Of a stretch of 64,000 bases of DNA, positions 1-8,076 are shown piece by piece. The number at the start of each line of letters is the position of its first letter. The stretch's first letter is position 1. The notes below the pieces were generated by a model. That model saw only the letters and a program-made list of their open reading frames with translations, had not been told where the DNA came from and ran no database searches. The translations under genes and the position numbers were made by a program. The stretch spans positions 207,089 through 271,088 of the forward strand of contig JAVCBU010000006.1 of assembly GCA_037917685.1 (NCBI GenBank). The letters run 5' to 3'. This DNA is from Thermoproteota archaeon (lineage in GTDB: Archaea; Korarchaeota; Korarchaeia; Korarchaeales; JAOZGB01).

Positions 1-227
1 CCAATTATGTAGGGGTTATGCCTCTCAAATCCCTTCGGTGGCGAATAGACTACGGTGTAACTATACACTTCACCTTCTCTAGGAAGTCTAACACGTTCAA
101 CATCGTTTGAACCACAATTTGGACATCTTCTCCTAATAAGGGGAGTCTTATAACCACAGTTTTTGCAGATGGTCCCTTCCAACCTGTAATAATGGGGTGT
201 GATCCTCCAATATTTTGGAACACTCAT
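1..227 (-). CDS. DUF35 OB-fold/zinc-ribbon protein (third subunit of archaeal thiolase/HMG-CoA synthase complex); 3' end cut by window edge
   Basis: Own translation from ATG 225-227 on minus strand: MSVPKYWRITPHYYRLEGTICKNCGYKTPLIRRRCPNCGSNDVERVRLPREGEVYSYTVVYSPPKGFERHNPYIIG. It has a CxxC-x10-CxxC ribbon and then the start of an OB fold. It starts 1 nt after the stop of the thiolase gene. Confidence 0.8.
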   Translation of the reverse strand, partial: MSVPKYWRITPHYYRLEGTICKNCGYKTPLIRRRCPNCGSNDVERVRLPREGEVYSYTVVYSPPKGFERHNPYII

Positions 228-228
228 C

Positions 229-1374
229 CTAACTCACCTTTAACACGGTTACATAACAATTCGAAGCTAGTCCCCCAAGATTTAATGCTACACCAATTTT
301 GGGATTATCGAGTTTAACACTGACTGGTGTACCTCGTAACTGTAGTGCTAACTCTGCAACTTGATACACCCCAGTAGCTCCAACAGGATGCCCTCTAGCT
401 TTTAAACCACCCCCAAGGTTTGTGGGAATGGCTCCGTCGGGTTCGATGTCGCCATTTTCTAAGAGTTCTATACCTTTACCCCTCTCAGCAAGTCCTAACG
501 CTTCCAGAGAGAGTATCCCCATTATTGTGAACGCATCATGAGCCTCCACCGTGTCTATGTCTTCTGGTCTAATATTTGCCATGTCGTATGCTCTCTTTGC
601 TGCCAGTTTAGCGCCGGTTAGTGTCAACAAGTCTTCTCTGAGAAAGCTTTGAAATTTATCCGTGGCCATCCCTATCCCTGCTACTTCTACTGGATGACTC
701 TCCGATTCTTCACCGCTAAGAATGAGCGCTGCGGCTCCATCGCCCACGGGGGAACAGTCCATGAACCTTATAGGCTTTGAAATCCACTGGGATGACAGAT
801 ATTTCTCCATGGTTATCTCGAATCTTAATTGTGCATAAGGGTTCTTAGTAGCATTCTTATGCATCTGGATGCTCCAAAGCCCGTAGTCTTCAGGTTTGAC
901 GTTGAATTCATAACTATACCTTTCCATAATTAAAGCGTTCAAAGCTGTAAACGAGACTCCGTGGTAAAGCTCATATTCGGAGTCTGCAGCTGTGGCCAAA
1001 GCTCTTGTAATTCCTTCAACTGATGTTTCATCACTCATTTTTTCAACTCCGACAACGGCGACGTTTTTGAACATTCCAGATTTTATAGATATGAAGGCTG
1101 ATGCTATAGCTGCGGCTCCTGAAGCGCAGGCTGCTTCAACCTTAAAGGCGGGTGTACCATAAAGGCCCGCGTAGCTTACTACCAGTGAAGCAAGATTTTC
1201 CTGGTTATTCACTATTCCTGATAACATGTTTCCAACAAAAACAGCGTCAACGTTCTCTATTCTTGCATCGTTGAGTGCTATCCTTAACGCTTCTGATGCA
1301 AGTTCAGATATAGTTGTATCCCAGTGTTCATCTATTTTTGTCATCCCGATCCCTGTTATGTAAACATTAACCAT
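229..1374 (-). CDS. acetyl-CoA C-acetyltransferase (archaeal thiolase)
   Basis: 381 aa with a thiolase-like pattern (VEAACASGAAAI active-site Cys region, C-terminal GHPVGATG and NLGG). Operon position between HMG-CoA synthase and DUF35. Confidence 0.9.
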   Translation of the reverse strand: MVNVYITGIGMTKIDEHWDTTISELASEALRIALNDARIENVDAVFVGNMLSGIVNNQENLASLVVSYAGLYGTPAFKVEAACASGAAAIASAFISIKSGMFKNVAVVGVEKMSDETSVEGITRALATAADSEYELYHGVSFTALNALIMERYSYEFNVKPEDYGLWSIQMHKNATKNPYAQLRFEITMEKYLSSQWISKPIRFMDCSPVGDGAAALILSGEESESHPVEVAGIGMATDKFQSFLREDLLTLTGAKLAAKRAYDMANIRPEDIDTVEAHDAFTIMGILSLEALGLAERGKGIELLENGDIEPDGAIPTNLGGGLKARGHPVGATGVYQVAELALQLRGTPVSVKLDNPKIGVALNLGGLASNCYVTVLKVS

Positions 1375-1380
1375 AAGGTA

Positions 1381-2448
1381 TCACCTTTCATTGAATCTAA
1401 TCATACCCCTATATTTCAGGTATGTTGCATAATCGACTGTAACAAAGTAGTCAATGTACTCGTCTACCCTTGGAGCTAAATTCTTCTTCTCCTCTACCCC
1501 ATCTTTTACTTCGATATGTAATGCGTCACTACCAGCTCCGGATCCGAAAGAGCAGAATAATATTTTATCTCCTGGTTTAGCGTTGTCAAGTACTCTAGCC
1601 AGGCCTAGTAGAGCTGACCCGCTATATGTGTTTCCAATTCTATCCACGACAATAGACTCCTTAACCTGTGCTACACTGAATCCTAATTTACATGCAACTT
1701 TAACAGGGAACTTACCGTTTGGTTGATGAAAAACAGCATAATCATAATCTTCGGGTCGGGTGCCCATCTCTTTCATTAAACGGCTGCTTGCTTCAATTAT
1801 ATGCTTCATGTATGCGGGTTCTTTAGTAAACGTGCGCCCATGGGATGGATATGGTTGCTCTGCTCTTCTCCAAAAGTCTATAGTATCTGTAACATAAGAA
1901 TAAGTTGCTACGATCTCAGCGGCAAATTCGCTCTTATTTGAACCAACGATATACGCCGCTCCTCCAGCAGAGGCGGTATAATCCAAGTCATCCCCAGGCT
2001 CCCCCTGTGCGGTATCAGAGCCTATGGCCATGCCATATTCAACCATCCCTGACGATACTAGCCCTATTGTTGTTTGTAAAGCTTCAGTTCCAGCCTTACA
2101 TGCGAACTCATAATCCGCAGCTAAGACCTGTGGTGTCGCTCCAACAACTTCGGCAACTATGGTACTTCCGGGTTTTACCGCGTAAGGTTTTGATTCACTA
2201 CCTACAAAGACGCAGCCTATCTTGTCAGGGGAAAGTTTGGACCTCTTTATGGCGTTTGTAGCTGCTTCGACAGCGATTGTGATCATATCCTCATCATAGG
2301 ACGGCACGGATTTCATCTCAACCTGTAAGGCCTTGGCCATATTGTTCATTCCTCCATTCCAGACTCTAGCTATTTCTTCAGCTTTGAGTCTATACCGTGG
2401 TATGTACACTCCCCAACCTACTATTCCTACAGGCTTTGATGGTTTCAT
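1381..2448 (-). CDS. hydroxymethylglutaryl-CoA synthase
   Basis: 355 aa. Archaeal HMGCS pattern: GSESKPYAVKP, catalytic Cys context YEFACKAGTEAL, HQPNGKF and SFGSGAGSD. GGTGAT Shine-Dalgarno-like element just upstream of the start. Confidence 0.9.
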   Translation of the reverse strand: MKPSKPVGIVGWGVYIPRYRLKAEEIARVWNGGMNNMAKALQVEMKSVPSYDEDMITIAVEAATNAIKRSKLSPDKIGCVFVGSESKPYAVKPGSTIVAEVVGATPQVLAADYEFACKAGTEALQTTIGLVSSGMVEYGMAIGSDTAQGEPGDDLDYTASAGGAAYIVGSNKSEFAAEIVATYSYVTDTIDFWRRAEQPYPSHGRTFTKEPAYMKHIIEASSRLMKEMGTRPEDYDYAVFHQPNGKFPVKVACKLGFSVAQVKESIVVDRIGNTYSGSALLGLARVLDNAKPGDKILFCSFGSGAGSDALHIEVKDGVEEKKNLAPRVDEYIDYFVTVDYATYLKYRGMIRFNER

Positions 2449-2584
2449 ACTATCACCATGCTTTCTGATAATAGGTGTAATAGTCTATATCGATGGGAAT
2501 ATTGGTGGGATCATGACATGGTTTATGTCCGATTCAGGGTCACTAATACTCTAGCCTTTTAAATAAAAATATTTCGCTGTTCGT

Positions 2585-3319
2585 CTATCCAGCTAAACCC
2601 CTCATCCTATTAATTATCTCCTCGACGCTTTCTGCTTTTGAAAGTATGAACGGAATTTTCATAATCTTAGCAAGCTCTATGGCTAGCTCATCAGCGTTCT
2701 CTGTCCCATGGATGACTACTGCGCAAGGTTTGATGTTCACAACCTTTAGTGCAATCATCGGAGATCTACCAGTTGTGACTCTTGTAAATATCAAAGCCCT
2801 TTCTGTTGTCATACCGAAAAGCTGCATGAAATCATTAAAACCAGCAAGCCTCTTTATCGCCTCTATACTGTCTATTATCGTGTATCCGTACATAAATTCG
2901 TTCAAATATTCATTTCCGTATAATACTTCACCCTTAACCCTATCAACAAGTTCCTCTACTGACATAGGAGTTGCAAATTCTTTAATATCTACTATTCCTA
3001 TAAGGGTTGAGCTCAAGCCTGTCGTCTTTGATAGAAGCGCTATTGTATTTCCCCCTCTATCCTCGTCCACCTTTATAAGAGTCTCGATGAACCTTCTTAA
3101 CACTAGAGAACCCGGGCTCTTCCTCCGTCCGGATTCATAGTCAGAAATTACCGAAGGTGAGACATTTAATAGAGAAGCTAGTTGACTTTGCTTTATCCCA
3201 AAAAACTCCCTCCACTTCCGCATGGCTAGACCTATATTTTGTGAGAAAAGTATATCTCCTGCTATCTTTTTAGCAACCATCTCACGGATTATCCGACCAT
3301 GTTGCTCCTTAATTTCCAT
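2585..3319 (-). CDS. XRE-family HTH transcriptional regulator with C-terminal uncharacterised domain
   Basis: 244 aa. HTH_3-like segment MRKWREFFGIKQSQLASLLNVSPSVISDYESGRR followed by about 150 aa of unassigned domain. Confidence 0.7.
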   Translation of the reverse strand: MEIKEQHGRIIREMVAKKIAGDILFSQNIGLAMRKWREFFGIKQSQLASLLNVSPSVISDYESGRRKSPGSLVLRRFIETLIKVDEDRGGNTIALLSKTTGLSSTLIGIVDIKEFATPMSVEELVDRVKGEVLYGNEYLNEFMYGYTIIDSIEAIKRLAGFNDFMQLFGMTTERALIFTRVTTGRSPMIALKVVNIKPCAVVIHGTENADELAIELAKIMKIPFILSKAESVEEIINRMRGLAG

Positions 3320-3374
3320 ACCGCTCTTAAATTAGCTGTCGAATATCCTTTATAAAATTTATTAGTAATAGTCG

Positions 3375-4034
3375 ATGGCATTAAGAAAAATTTTTCATAA
3401 GAACCCTCTGAATGATAGTAGAGAGCGTATGAAAAAACAAGTAATCACAGAGGGTAAGATATACTTCCCACTCAGTGAAACACTTAAAATAGTAATAGAA
3501 AACATCATGAAAAGGTTAACAAGGGCTCTCTTAACAATGAGCGGGATTGTTCTTTCAATAGCATTTTATACAACCTTGATGATAACTGCTTCTGCATTGA
3601 AATATACGCTAGGCGCCCAGCAAGTTATCTCAGAGTACTATTGGTGGATGCTATTTCTAGCCTTTCTTGTTTCGGCAACCGGCATAACAAACTCAGTGTT
3701 AATGGCAGTTGCTGAAAGGGTTCGTGAAATAGGCACTCTAAAATGTTTGGGGGCAATGGATAAACATATCCTAGAAATGTTCATACTTGAGAACGCGTTC
3801 ATTGGCGCTATAGGGGGAATAGTTGGGTTCATAGTAGGTATAATAGCGGCAATCGTGTTAAATGCATCCACAATAGGGATATCTAGCTTCTTTGCGATAC
3901 CAGGCATACAATTTCTAAAAGCCCTCTTAAGTTCAGTCTTAATTTCAACGATACTCTCAGTGGTAATGTCATCGTATCCTGCGTACCGGGCGGCTAAACT
4001 CCAGCCAGCTGAAGCCCTAAGATCTGTAGCATAG
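3375..4034 (+). CDS. ABC transporter permease, FtsX/MacB-like (short form)
   Basis: 219 aa, four predicted TM segments. FtsX-type C-terminus SSYPAYRAAKLQPAEALRSV. Abuts the ATPase gene. Confidence 0.8.
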   Translation: MALRKIFHKNPLNDSRERMKKQVITEGKIYFPLSETLKIVIENIMKRLTRALLTMSGIVLSIAFYTTLMITASALKYTLGAQQVISEYYWWMLFLAFLVSATGITNSVLMAVAERVREIGTLKCLGAMDKHILEMFILENAFIGAIGGIVGFIVGIIAAIVLNASTIGISSFFAIPGIQFLKALLSSVLISTILSVVMSSYPAYRAAKLQPAEALRSVA

Positions 4035-4784
4035 GTGATCCGGATGGGAGAGGAAACGAGTTATGCGTATACAGTTGAGGTTGAAGGATTAAAGAAATAT
4101 TACAGGATGGGAAACACCATTGTTAAAGCCTTAGATGGAATTGACATGAAGATATACCGTGGAGAGTATCTTAGCATCATGGGGCCAAGTGGCTCAGGGA
4201 AAACAACCTTGTTTAATATGATAGGAGGACTTGATAGGCCTACGGCCGGCAAAGTGTTTATAGACGAGGTTGATATAGCCCAGTTAGATGCCTATGAACT
4301 TGCCTGGCTTCGGGCTAGGAAAATAGGGTACATCTTCCAAACATTTAACCTCATACCAGTGATGACAGCATATGAGAACGTAGTACTCCCAATGATTTTC
4401 GCTGGAGTTGAAGCTGAGGAAAGAAGGAGAAGAGCACTCGAACTCCTAGATAGGGTCGGCCTCCTTAAATTCAAGGATCACAAACCATATGAGCTTTCCG
4501 GGGGGCAGCAGCAGAGAGTGGCTATAGCTAGGGCTCTAGCCAATAATCCCGCTATAGTTCTAGCCGACGAGCCGACAGGAAACCTAGACCTAGAAACGGG
4601 AAAGGAGATAATAAAACTTCTAAAAGAACTTAACGAGGAAAGAGAGGTGACGATAATTACAGCAACTCACGATATAAAAATGCTCGCTGTCAGCGATAGA
4701 ATAGCCTGGCTTAGGGACGGCAAGATTCAAAGGATAGAGAAGAGAAGTGAGGTTAGATTTAAAGTATACAAGGTGGAGGGCTAG
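4035..4784 (+). CDS. ABC transporter ATP-binding protein (MacB/LolD-like)
   Basis: Walker [10 protein letters not shown], signature LSGGQQQR, Walker [13 protein letters not shown]. An ATG at 4044, preceded by AGGTGAT, is an alternative start. Confidence 0.92.
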   Translation: MIRMGEETSYAYTVEVEGLKKYYRMGNTIVKALDGIDMKIYRGEYLSIMGPSGSGKTTLFNMIGGLDRPTAGKVFIDEVDIAQLDAYELAWLRARKIGYIFQTFNLIPVMTAYENVVLPMIFAGVEAEERRRRALELLDRVGLLKFKDHKPYELSGGQQQRVAIARALANNPAIVLADEPTGNLDLETGKEIIKLLKELNEEREVTIITATHDIKMLAVSDRIAWLRDGKIQRIEKRSEVRFKVYKVEG

Positions 4785-5092
4785 GGCAGTAGGTATTCAA
4801 TAATCCTCCTCAGCTCTTCCCTGTCCAAATTATACGTATCATATTTTTCATTTTTTTCAGCAATCCTCTGGGCCAATAAATGGATGCAGTACTTCTTTTC
4901 CATCCGCGAGACCACTCTCACATAAAAGTCTTCACAACTGCAATAAATATCTGGGAGAACCAAGTAATCTCTTTCTTTTCCTACGACAACCCATAAAGCA
5001 ATTCCATTAAAGACATACTTTTTAACCCTGCCATCTCTCACAAGATTCAAGGCTTCAGCATTGTCAGACCCAAAAGTACCGGTACATCCCAT
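4781..5092 (-). CDS. SWIM zinc-finger protein
   Basis: 103 aa with a CxC-x15-CxH pattern (YCSCEDFYVRVVSRMEKKYCIHLL). Confidence 0.65.
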   Translation of the reverse strand: MGCTGTFGSDNAEALNLVRDGRVKKYVFNGIALWVVVGKERDYLVLPDIYCSCEDFYVRVVSRMEKKYCIHLLAQRIAEKNEKYDTYNLDREELRRIIEYLLP

Positions 5093-5123
5093 TGATTGTT
5101 TATATTCTTATGCTGGACTTATA

Positions 5124-5891
5124 ATGATAGTGCAGCCTATCTGGGGGGAACCAGCATTTGTATCACGATATAATAAGCGCAGAACTCTAGTCATCGCCGA
5201 CGTCCACCTCGGTGTATCAATGAACTATCCCGGTAATCCTTACAGTAATCTCGTTACGGAAGCACAGAGACTATACAATGAAATACTTCTACTCATCGAA
5301 AGAGAGAAGTGTAGAAAACTGTTAATATTAGGCGACGTAAAACATGACATCCTCCCACTAAAGGGTAGGTATAAAGACGTGTTACAGGATTTTGTAAAGG
5401 AGCTATCTGAATTCACGGATATTGTGATTATAAAAGGTAACCATGACGCTGGAATAGAGAAGATAGCAAGCCGATACGCCTCTGTTATAGAAAGCAGTGG
5501 CATGCTAATGGGTAATTACGCACTATTACACGGCCATGCAAATCCTTCGCCCATACTAAACAAAGCAAATATTTTCATAATAGGGCATATTCACCCGGCT
5601 TACCGTCTGTCAATAGTAATAGATCGCACAGTAAAAGTTTGGGTTAAAATGAAAATAGATAAAAACATGATATTCAACCGTAGACCTTTTTACGATGTAA
5701 ATGAAGCTAAACTAATCGTTACGCCCGCGTTTAATCCATATATTATAGGTTTCCCGATCAATGAGAAATGCATTAGAGAACATTTGCCCGTCTGCCCTCT
5801 TGTTAGACGTGGCGTAATAAAGGGGTCTCCAATCCATTTATACTCGCTAGATGGCACCTTACTCGCGAAGGTGGAGGCTATAAGTTTGTAA
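5124..5891 (+). CDS. metallophosphoesterase (calcineurin-like, ICC/MPE type)
   Basis: Motifs ADVHLG, GDVKHD, GNHD, LLHGH and GHIHP. The ORF-track start 5061 overlaps the divergent SWIM gene, so Met22 (5124) was chosen. Confidence 0.8.
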   Translation: MIVQPIWGEPAFVSRYNKRRTLVIADVHLGVSMNYPGNPYSNLVTEAQRLYNEILLLIEREKCRKLLILGDVKHDILPLKGRYKDVLQDFVKELSEFTDIVIIKGNHDAGIEKIASRYASVIESSGMLMGNYALLHGHANPSPILNKANIFIIGHIHPAYRLSIVIDRTVKVWVKMKIDKNMIFNRRPFYDVNEAKLIVTPAFNPYIIGFPINEKCIREHLPVCPLVRRGVIKGSPIHLYSLDGTLLAKVEAISL

Positions 5892-5992
5892 TGGGGGCAC
5901 TGGGATTTGAATTCCTGCTATGCCCCAGGTCTCAAGGTTTCTCTGCTGTGCACCCGAACCTTGAAGGCTAGACCAGGCTACCCCATGCCCCC
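5892..5992 (-). tRNA. tRNA-Pro (anticodon CGG) with two introns
   Basis: Hand fold of the minus strand: acceptor GGGGGCA/TGCCCCC, D arm GGGT-AGCCTGGTCTA-GCCT, anticodon stem CAAGG/CCTTG, loop TTCGGG..A, T arm CTGGG-TTCAAAT-CCCAG. 101 nt versus 75 nt mature. Introns at 37/38 (5939..5952, TGCACAGCAGAGAA) and 53/54 (5912..5923, GCATAGCAGGAA). Confidence 0.8.
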
Positions 5993-6029
5993 ACTTATGA
6001 GAACATGAATCTAATAATTAAGCTTATCC

Positions 6030-6512
6030 CTATCTCTTCATTTTCTCGGATAGCAATTTATATATACTTGCCAAACTTGCAGATATAACTTTGACATCAG
6101 CAATAACGGGCATGAAGTTAGTGTCCCCATTCCATCTTGGTACAATATGTAGATGTATATGACCTATCACTCCTGCACCAGCTGCCCTGCCAATGTTAAA
6201 TCCTATGTTAAAACCATCCGGTTTTAATGTGGAACTTAGAGAATCAATACACCTTATTAACATCATCCTGATTTCTCCCCAAGTTTCAGGGTCTATCTCG
6301 TTAAAGCTGTCGGTATGTTTATATGGGGCTATTAGCAAGTGACCAGGGTTGTAGGGGTATCTATTCATTACTGTAAAACATTTCTCCCCCTTCATCAGTA
6401 TCAATGTGTCTAAGCCTTCCTCTTTTCCAGCTAGTACGCAGAAGAGACAGCCCTCTTGCTTGCTGGTCTTCTTAACGTATTCATGTCTCCAAGGAGCCCA
6501 TAGAAGCTTCAT
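6030..6512 (-). CDS. HIT family protein (histidine triad nucleotide hydrolase/transferase)
   Basis: 160 aa. Histidine triad GHIHLHIVPR. 4-nt overlap with the upstream NAC gene. Confidence 0.85.
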   Translation of the reverse strand: MKLLWAPWRHEYVKKTSKQEGCLFCVLAGKEEGLDTLILMKGEKCFTVMNRYPYNPGHLLIAPYKHTDSFNEIDPETWGEIRMMLIRCIDSLSSTLKPDGFNIGFNIGRAAGAGVIGHIHLHIVPRWNGDTNFMPVIADVKVISASLASIYKLLSEKMKR

Positions 6513-6868
6513 TTCTTTTCAGCCCTCAGTCTTATTATAGCCTCTGCTATATCGCCTTTACTTTCCATGAGCGCCTTTTCCGCCTCTTCTAGACTACATC
6601 CAACCTGCTCTGCTACAAGTTTTATATCTTCTTCGGGAATCTCAACCTTTTCCTCTACCAATAGAGGCTTCCTACTGGTTTTACCTGTTATTTGAAATAT
6701 TTTCTCCCCCTGCATCTTCATAACTTGTATTTTAGGTTCATCTATGACAATAATCTCTGTGTTTGTCTTGATGGTAACTTCAATGGCATCTGGTATTTCC
6801 TCTACTGTTATACCCATTCTCTTCAGGGTTCTAGCGAGAGCCCTAGGACTCATCTTTCTACCTATCAT
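6509..6868 (-). CDS. nac: nascent polypeptide-associated complex protein (NAC alpha homologue)
   Basis: 119 aa. NAC domain followed by a C-terminal UBA-like segment (VAEQVGCSLEEAEKALMESKGDIAEAIIRL). Confidence 0.85.
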   Translation of the reverse strand: MIGRKMSPRALARTLKRMGITVEEIPDAIEVTIKTNTEIIVIDEPKIQVMKMQGEKIFQITGKTSRKPLLVEEKVEIPEEDIKLVAEQVGCSLEEAEKALMESKGDIAEAIIRLRAEKK

Positions 6869-6893
6869 TCACTATGGGATTAGACTGAAAGTG

Positions 6894-6901
6894 TTATAAA
6901 A
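6894..6901 (+). promoter_or_regulatory. candidate TATA box (TTATAAAA) for mbf1
   Basis: An A/T octamer resembling the archaeal TATA consensus. The predicted transcription start, about 25 nt downstream, falls near 6922-6928. Confidence 0.35.
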
Positions 6902-6990
6902 TTTAGGAACACACATCAAAGTGGTGCATTAAATTAGTCCTCAGATGCGAGATTTGCGGGAGGATCATAGATAATCCAATCTGGATTACT

Positions 6991-7416
6991 ATGGGGGGGA
7001 GGACAGTACCTGTATGTAAAAGGTGCTCCCCTCGGAGATTTCAAAGAAAGCCCCATGTAAAAGAAAAAGGGTATAAGCCGAAACCTACAGTTAAGAGACG
7101 CACGCTTGCAGAAGAGCCAGAATATACACTTATTGATGGATATGGGAGACTCATTAAAACTGCAAGAGAAAAGCTTCATCTGAAAAGAGAGGATCTGGCG
7201 GCGAAGCTTGGAATTAAAAGATCGCATTTGGAAAACATAGAACTTGAAAGAATAAAACCAAGCATAAACCTTGCTAAAAAGTTTGAGAGACTTCTAAACA
7301 TTCAAATCCTCGAGAAAATAGAGGAGGAACCAGTTGTTCTAACGTCTTCTAGCGTGTCAGGTACGAGTCTAACCCTCGGTGAGGTTTTAAAACTGAAAAA
7401 ACGGGGGAAGAAGTGA
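6991..7416 (+). CDS. mbf1: multiprotein bridging factor 1 (MBF1; zinc ribbon + HTH); true start probably upstream of 6991
   Basis: C-terminal HTH_3 segment (IKTAREKLHLKREDLAAKLGIKRSHLENIELERIKPS). The N-terminal CKRC half-ribbon has its partner CEIC encoded in frame upstream, at 6946-6957. Confidence 0.8.
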   Translation: MGGRTVPVCKRCSPRRFQRKPHVKEKGYKPKPTVKRRTLAEEPEYTLIDGYGRLIKTAREKLHLKREDLAAKLGIKRSHLENIELERIKPSINLAKKFERLLNIQILEKIEEEPVVLTSSSVSGTSLTLGEVLKLKKRGKK

Positions 7417-7461
7417 TAGTCAAAAATTAAAAGGAAGGAAAAACCTATCTATAATGAGTTC

Positions 7462-7989
7462 ATGAGGAAGATAGCTGAACTTCTCGTACTTGCGCTAATC
7501 AGTATTGGTATCGACGAAAATGTTGCTGATAAATTCGAAAAAGTATTCTCTGAAAACAATGAGGTTCTTGAGGGTGAGATAATAGAGGAGTTAGGAGTTG
7601 AACCTGCATCTGCCAGGAGAATTCTATTCAAACTTCAGTACGAGAACATAATGCGCTATAGGAAAGTATCTAACATTGAATCTGATAGAAACTCCGAAGT
7701 TTACTGGACACTAAACAAGGAAGGAATATTAAAACTTGTCAAGAGACGGGTGAAAATGATGAAGAAAAACCTAGAGAAAAGGCTAGAATACGAAACTTCA
7801 GAGATCATTTATGAGTGTGCTAATGAGCCAACACATGCTAGAATGCCCATTTCAGATGCTATGGCTCAAAACTTTGTATGTCCGGAATGCGGGGCGAGTC
7901 TGGTACAGACGGCAAAGGAAAATATTGTAGAAAACTTAAATAAACTGATCGAGTTCCTGGATCACATGATATCTGATTTGGAAAGATAG
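7462..7989 (+). CDS. tfe: transcription factor E (TFE alpha, TFIIE-alpha homologue)
   Basis: 175 aa. N-terminal winged-helix region plus a C-terminal zinc-ribbon region (YECANEPTHARMPISDAMAQNFVCPECGASL). Confidence 0.8.
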   Translation: MRKIAELLVLALISIGIDENVADKFEKVFSENNEVLEGEIIEELGVEPASARRILFKLQYENIMRYRKVSNIESDRNSEVYWTLNKEGILKLVKRRVKMMKKNLEKRLEYETSEIIYECANEPTHARMPISDAMAQNFVCPECGASLVQTAKENIVENLNKLIEFLDHMISDLER

Positions 7990-8076
7990 ACTAAGCCTGC
8001 TACTCCAAACTCCAAGTATGATATCGACGAGATTATAGTATAAAGCTTAAATTAGTCTACAACACTTTACCTTATT

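Noticed and set aside
5061-5123. The ORF-track start of the metallophosphoesterase at 5061.
   Set aside because: It would overlap the start of the divergent SWIM gene by 32 nt. The metallophosphoesterase motifs begin only after Met22.
6945-6974. A 9-codon ORF (MRDLREDHR*) from ATG 6945 as a gene or as the mbf1 start.
   Set aside because: It is out of frame with the MBF1 zinc-ribbon codons and too short to evaluate. It is mentioned only in the mbf1 start-codon finding.
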